Positions 14,775 to 14,957 of a DNA stretch of 14,957 bases are shown here, piece by piece. The notes under the pieces are model-generated. The model did not search any database. It was not told the DNA's origin and saw nothing but the letters and a program-made list of their open reading frames with translations. The translations under genes were made by a program, and so were the position numbers. The stretch is from a virus, in the UHGV virus genome UHGV-1298062; one strand, 5' to 3'. Each line of letters opens with the position of its first letter. Positions within the stretch are counted from its first letter, which is position 1.

Positions 14775-14902
14775 ACAATGATAGTAAATTAGTACTTACT
14801 TATCCAGGTACTTAAGCCTCAAATACTTGTCTGAATGTAGCAGTTAAGACACAGTACCCCTGATATCGCTTAGACTGGCCCCCTGAATCTCCAGACAACC
14901 AA

Positions 14903-14922
14903 TATCACTTAAATAAGTGATA
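14903..14922. promoter_or_regulatory. 20-bp palindrome TATCACTTA-AA-TAAGTGATA (candidate dimeric DNA-binding protein site)
   Basis: Perfect 9-bp arms with 2-nt spacer in the non-coding region upstream of L. Half-site TATCAC equals the first six bases of the lambda operator consensus half-site, but the spacing differs from 17-bp lambda operators. Confidence 0.35.
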
Positions 14923-14957
14923 GTCTTAATACTAGTTTTTAGACTAGTCATTGGAGA

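Noticed and set aside
14903-14922. Identification of the TATCAC...GTGATA palindrome as a lambda CI/Cro operator
   Set aside because: Only the 6-bp outer half-site matches; spacing (20 bp versus 17 bp) and inner bases differ, and there is a single copy far from any immunity region. Kept only as a generic candidate binding site.
14846-14951. 36-codon minus-strand ORF in the region upstream of L
   Set aside because: Too short, no RBS, and it coincides with the palindromes and direct repeats, so the region is better read as non-coding.
1-14957. CRISPR arrays, tRNA or rRNA genes, insertion sequences
   Set aside because: No regularly spaced direct repeats with unique spacers, no cloverleaf-sized conserved segments in the short intergenic regions, and no transposase-like ORF or terminal inverted repeats. 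The only tandem repeats are in-frame coding repeats within J and stf.

Overview
This window holds the distal end of a lambdoid prophage tail operon on the minus strand (L, K, I, J, side tail fibre Stf, Tfa; 14729 down to 4638), followed by about 4.6 kb of accessory cargo (1-4637). The cargo contains: (i) a tightly packed four-gene membrane/envelope module at 3085-4504 (two tail-anchored proteins, an inner-membrane coiled-coil protein and an overlapping outer-membrane lipoprotein), which I consider the best candidate for an undescribed system; (ii) a DUF1778/GNAT toxin-antitoxin pair (AtaR/AtaT-, TacA/TacT-like) with candidate promoter and operators; (iii) a small ParA-type ATPase with a coupled small partner gene; (iv) a solitary GIY-YIG-like nuclease-domain protein with an unassigned C-terminal domain. 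The tail genes are mosaic: J has a roughly 330-aa coiled-coil insertion built from five 99-bp tandem repeats and a C-terminal end unlike lambda J, while Stf C-terminus and Tfa match lambda closely. A short AT-rich motif recurs upstream of three leftward units (L, stf, the membrane module), next to hairpins or a palindrome. Every homology statement rests on reading the translations and on recalled family signatures; no database search, fold prediction or composition calculation was run.
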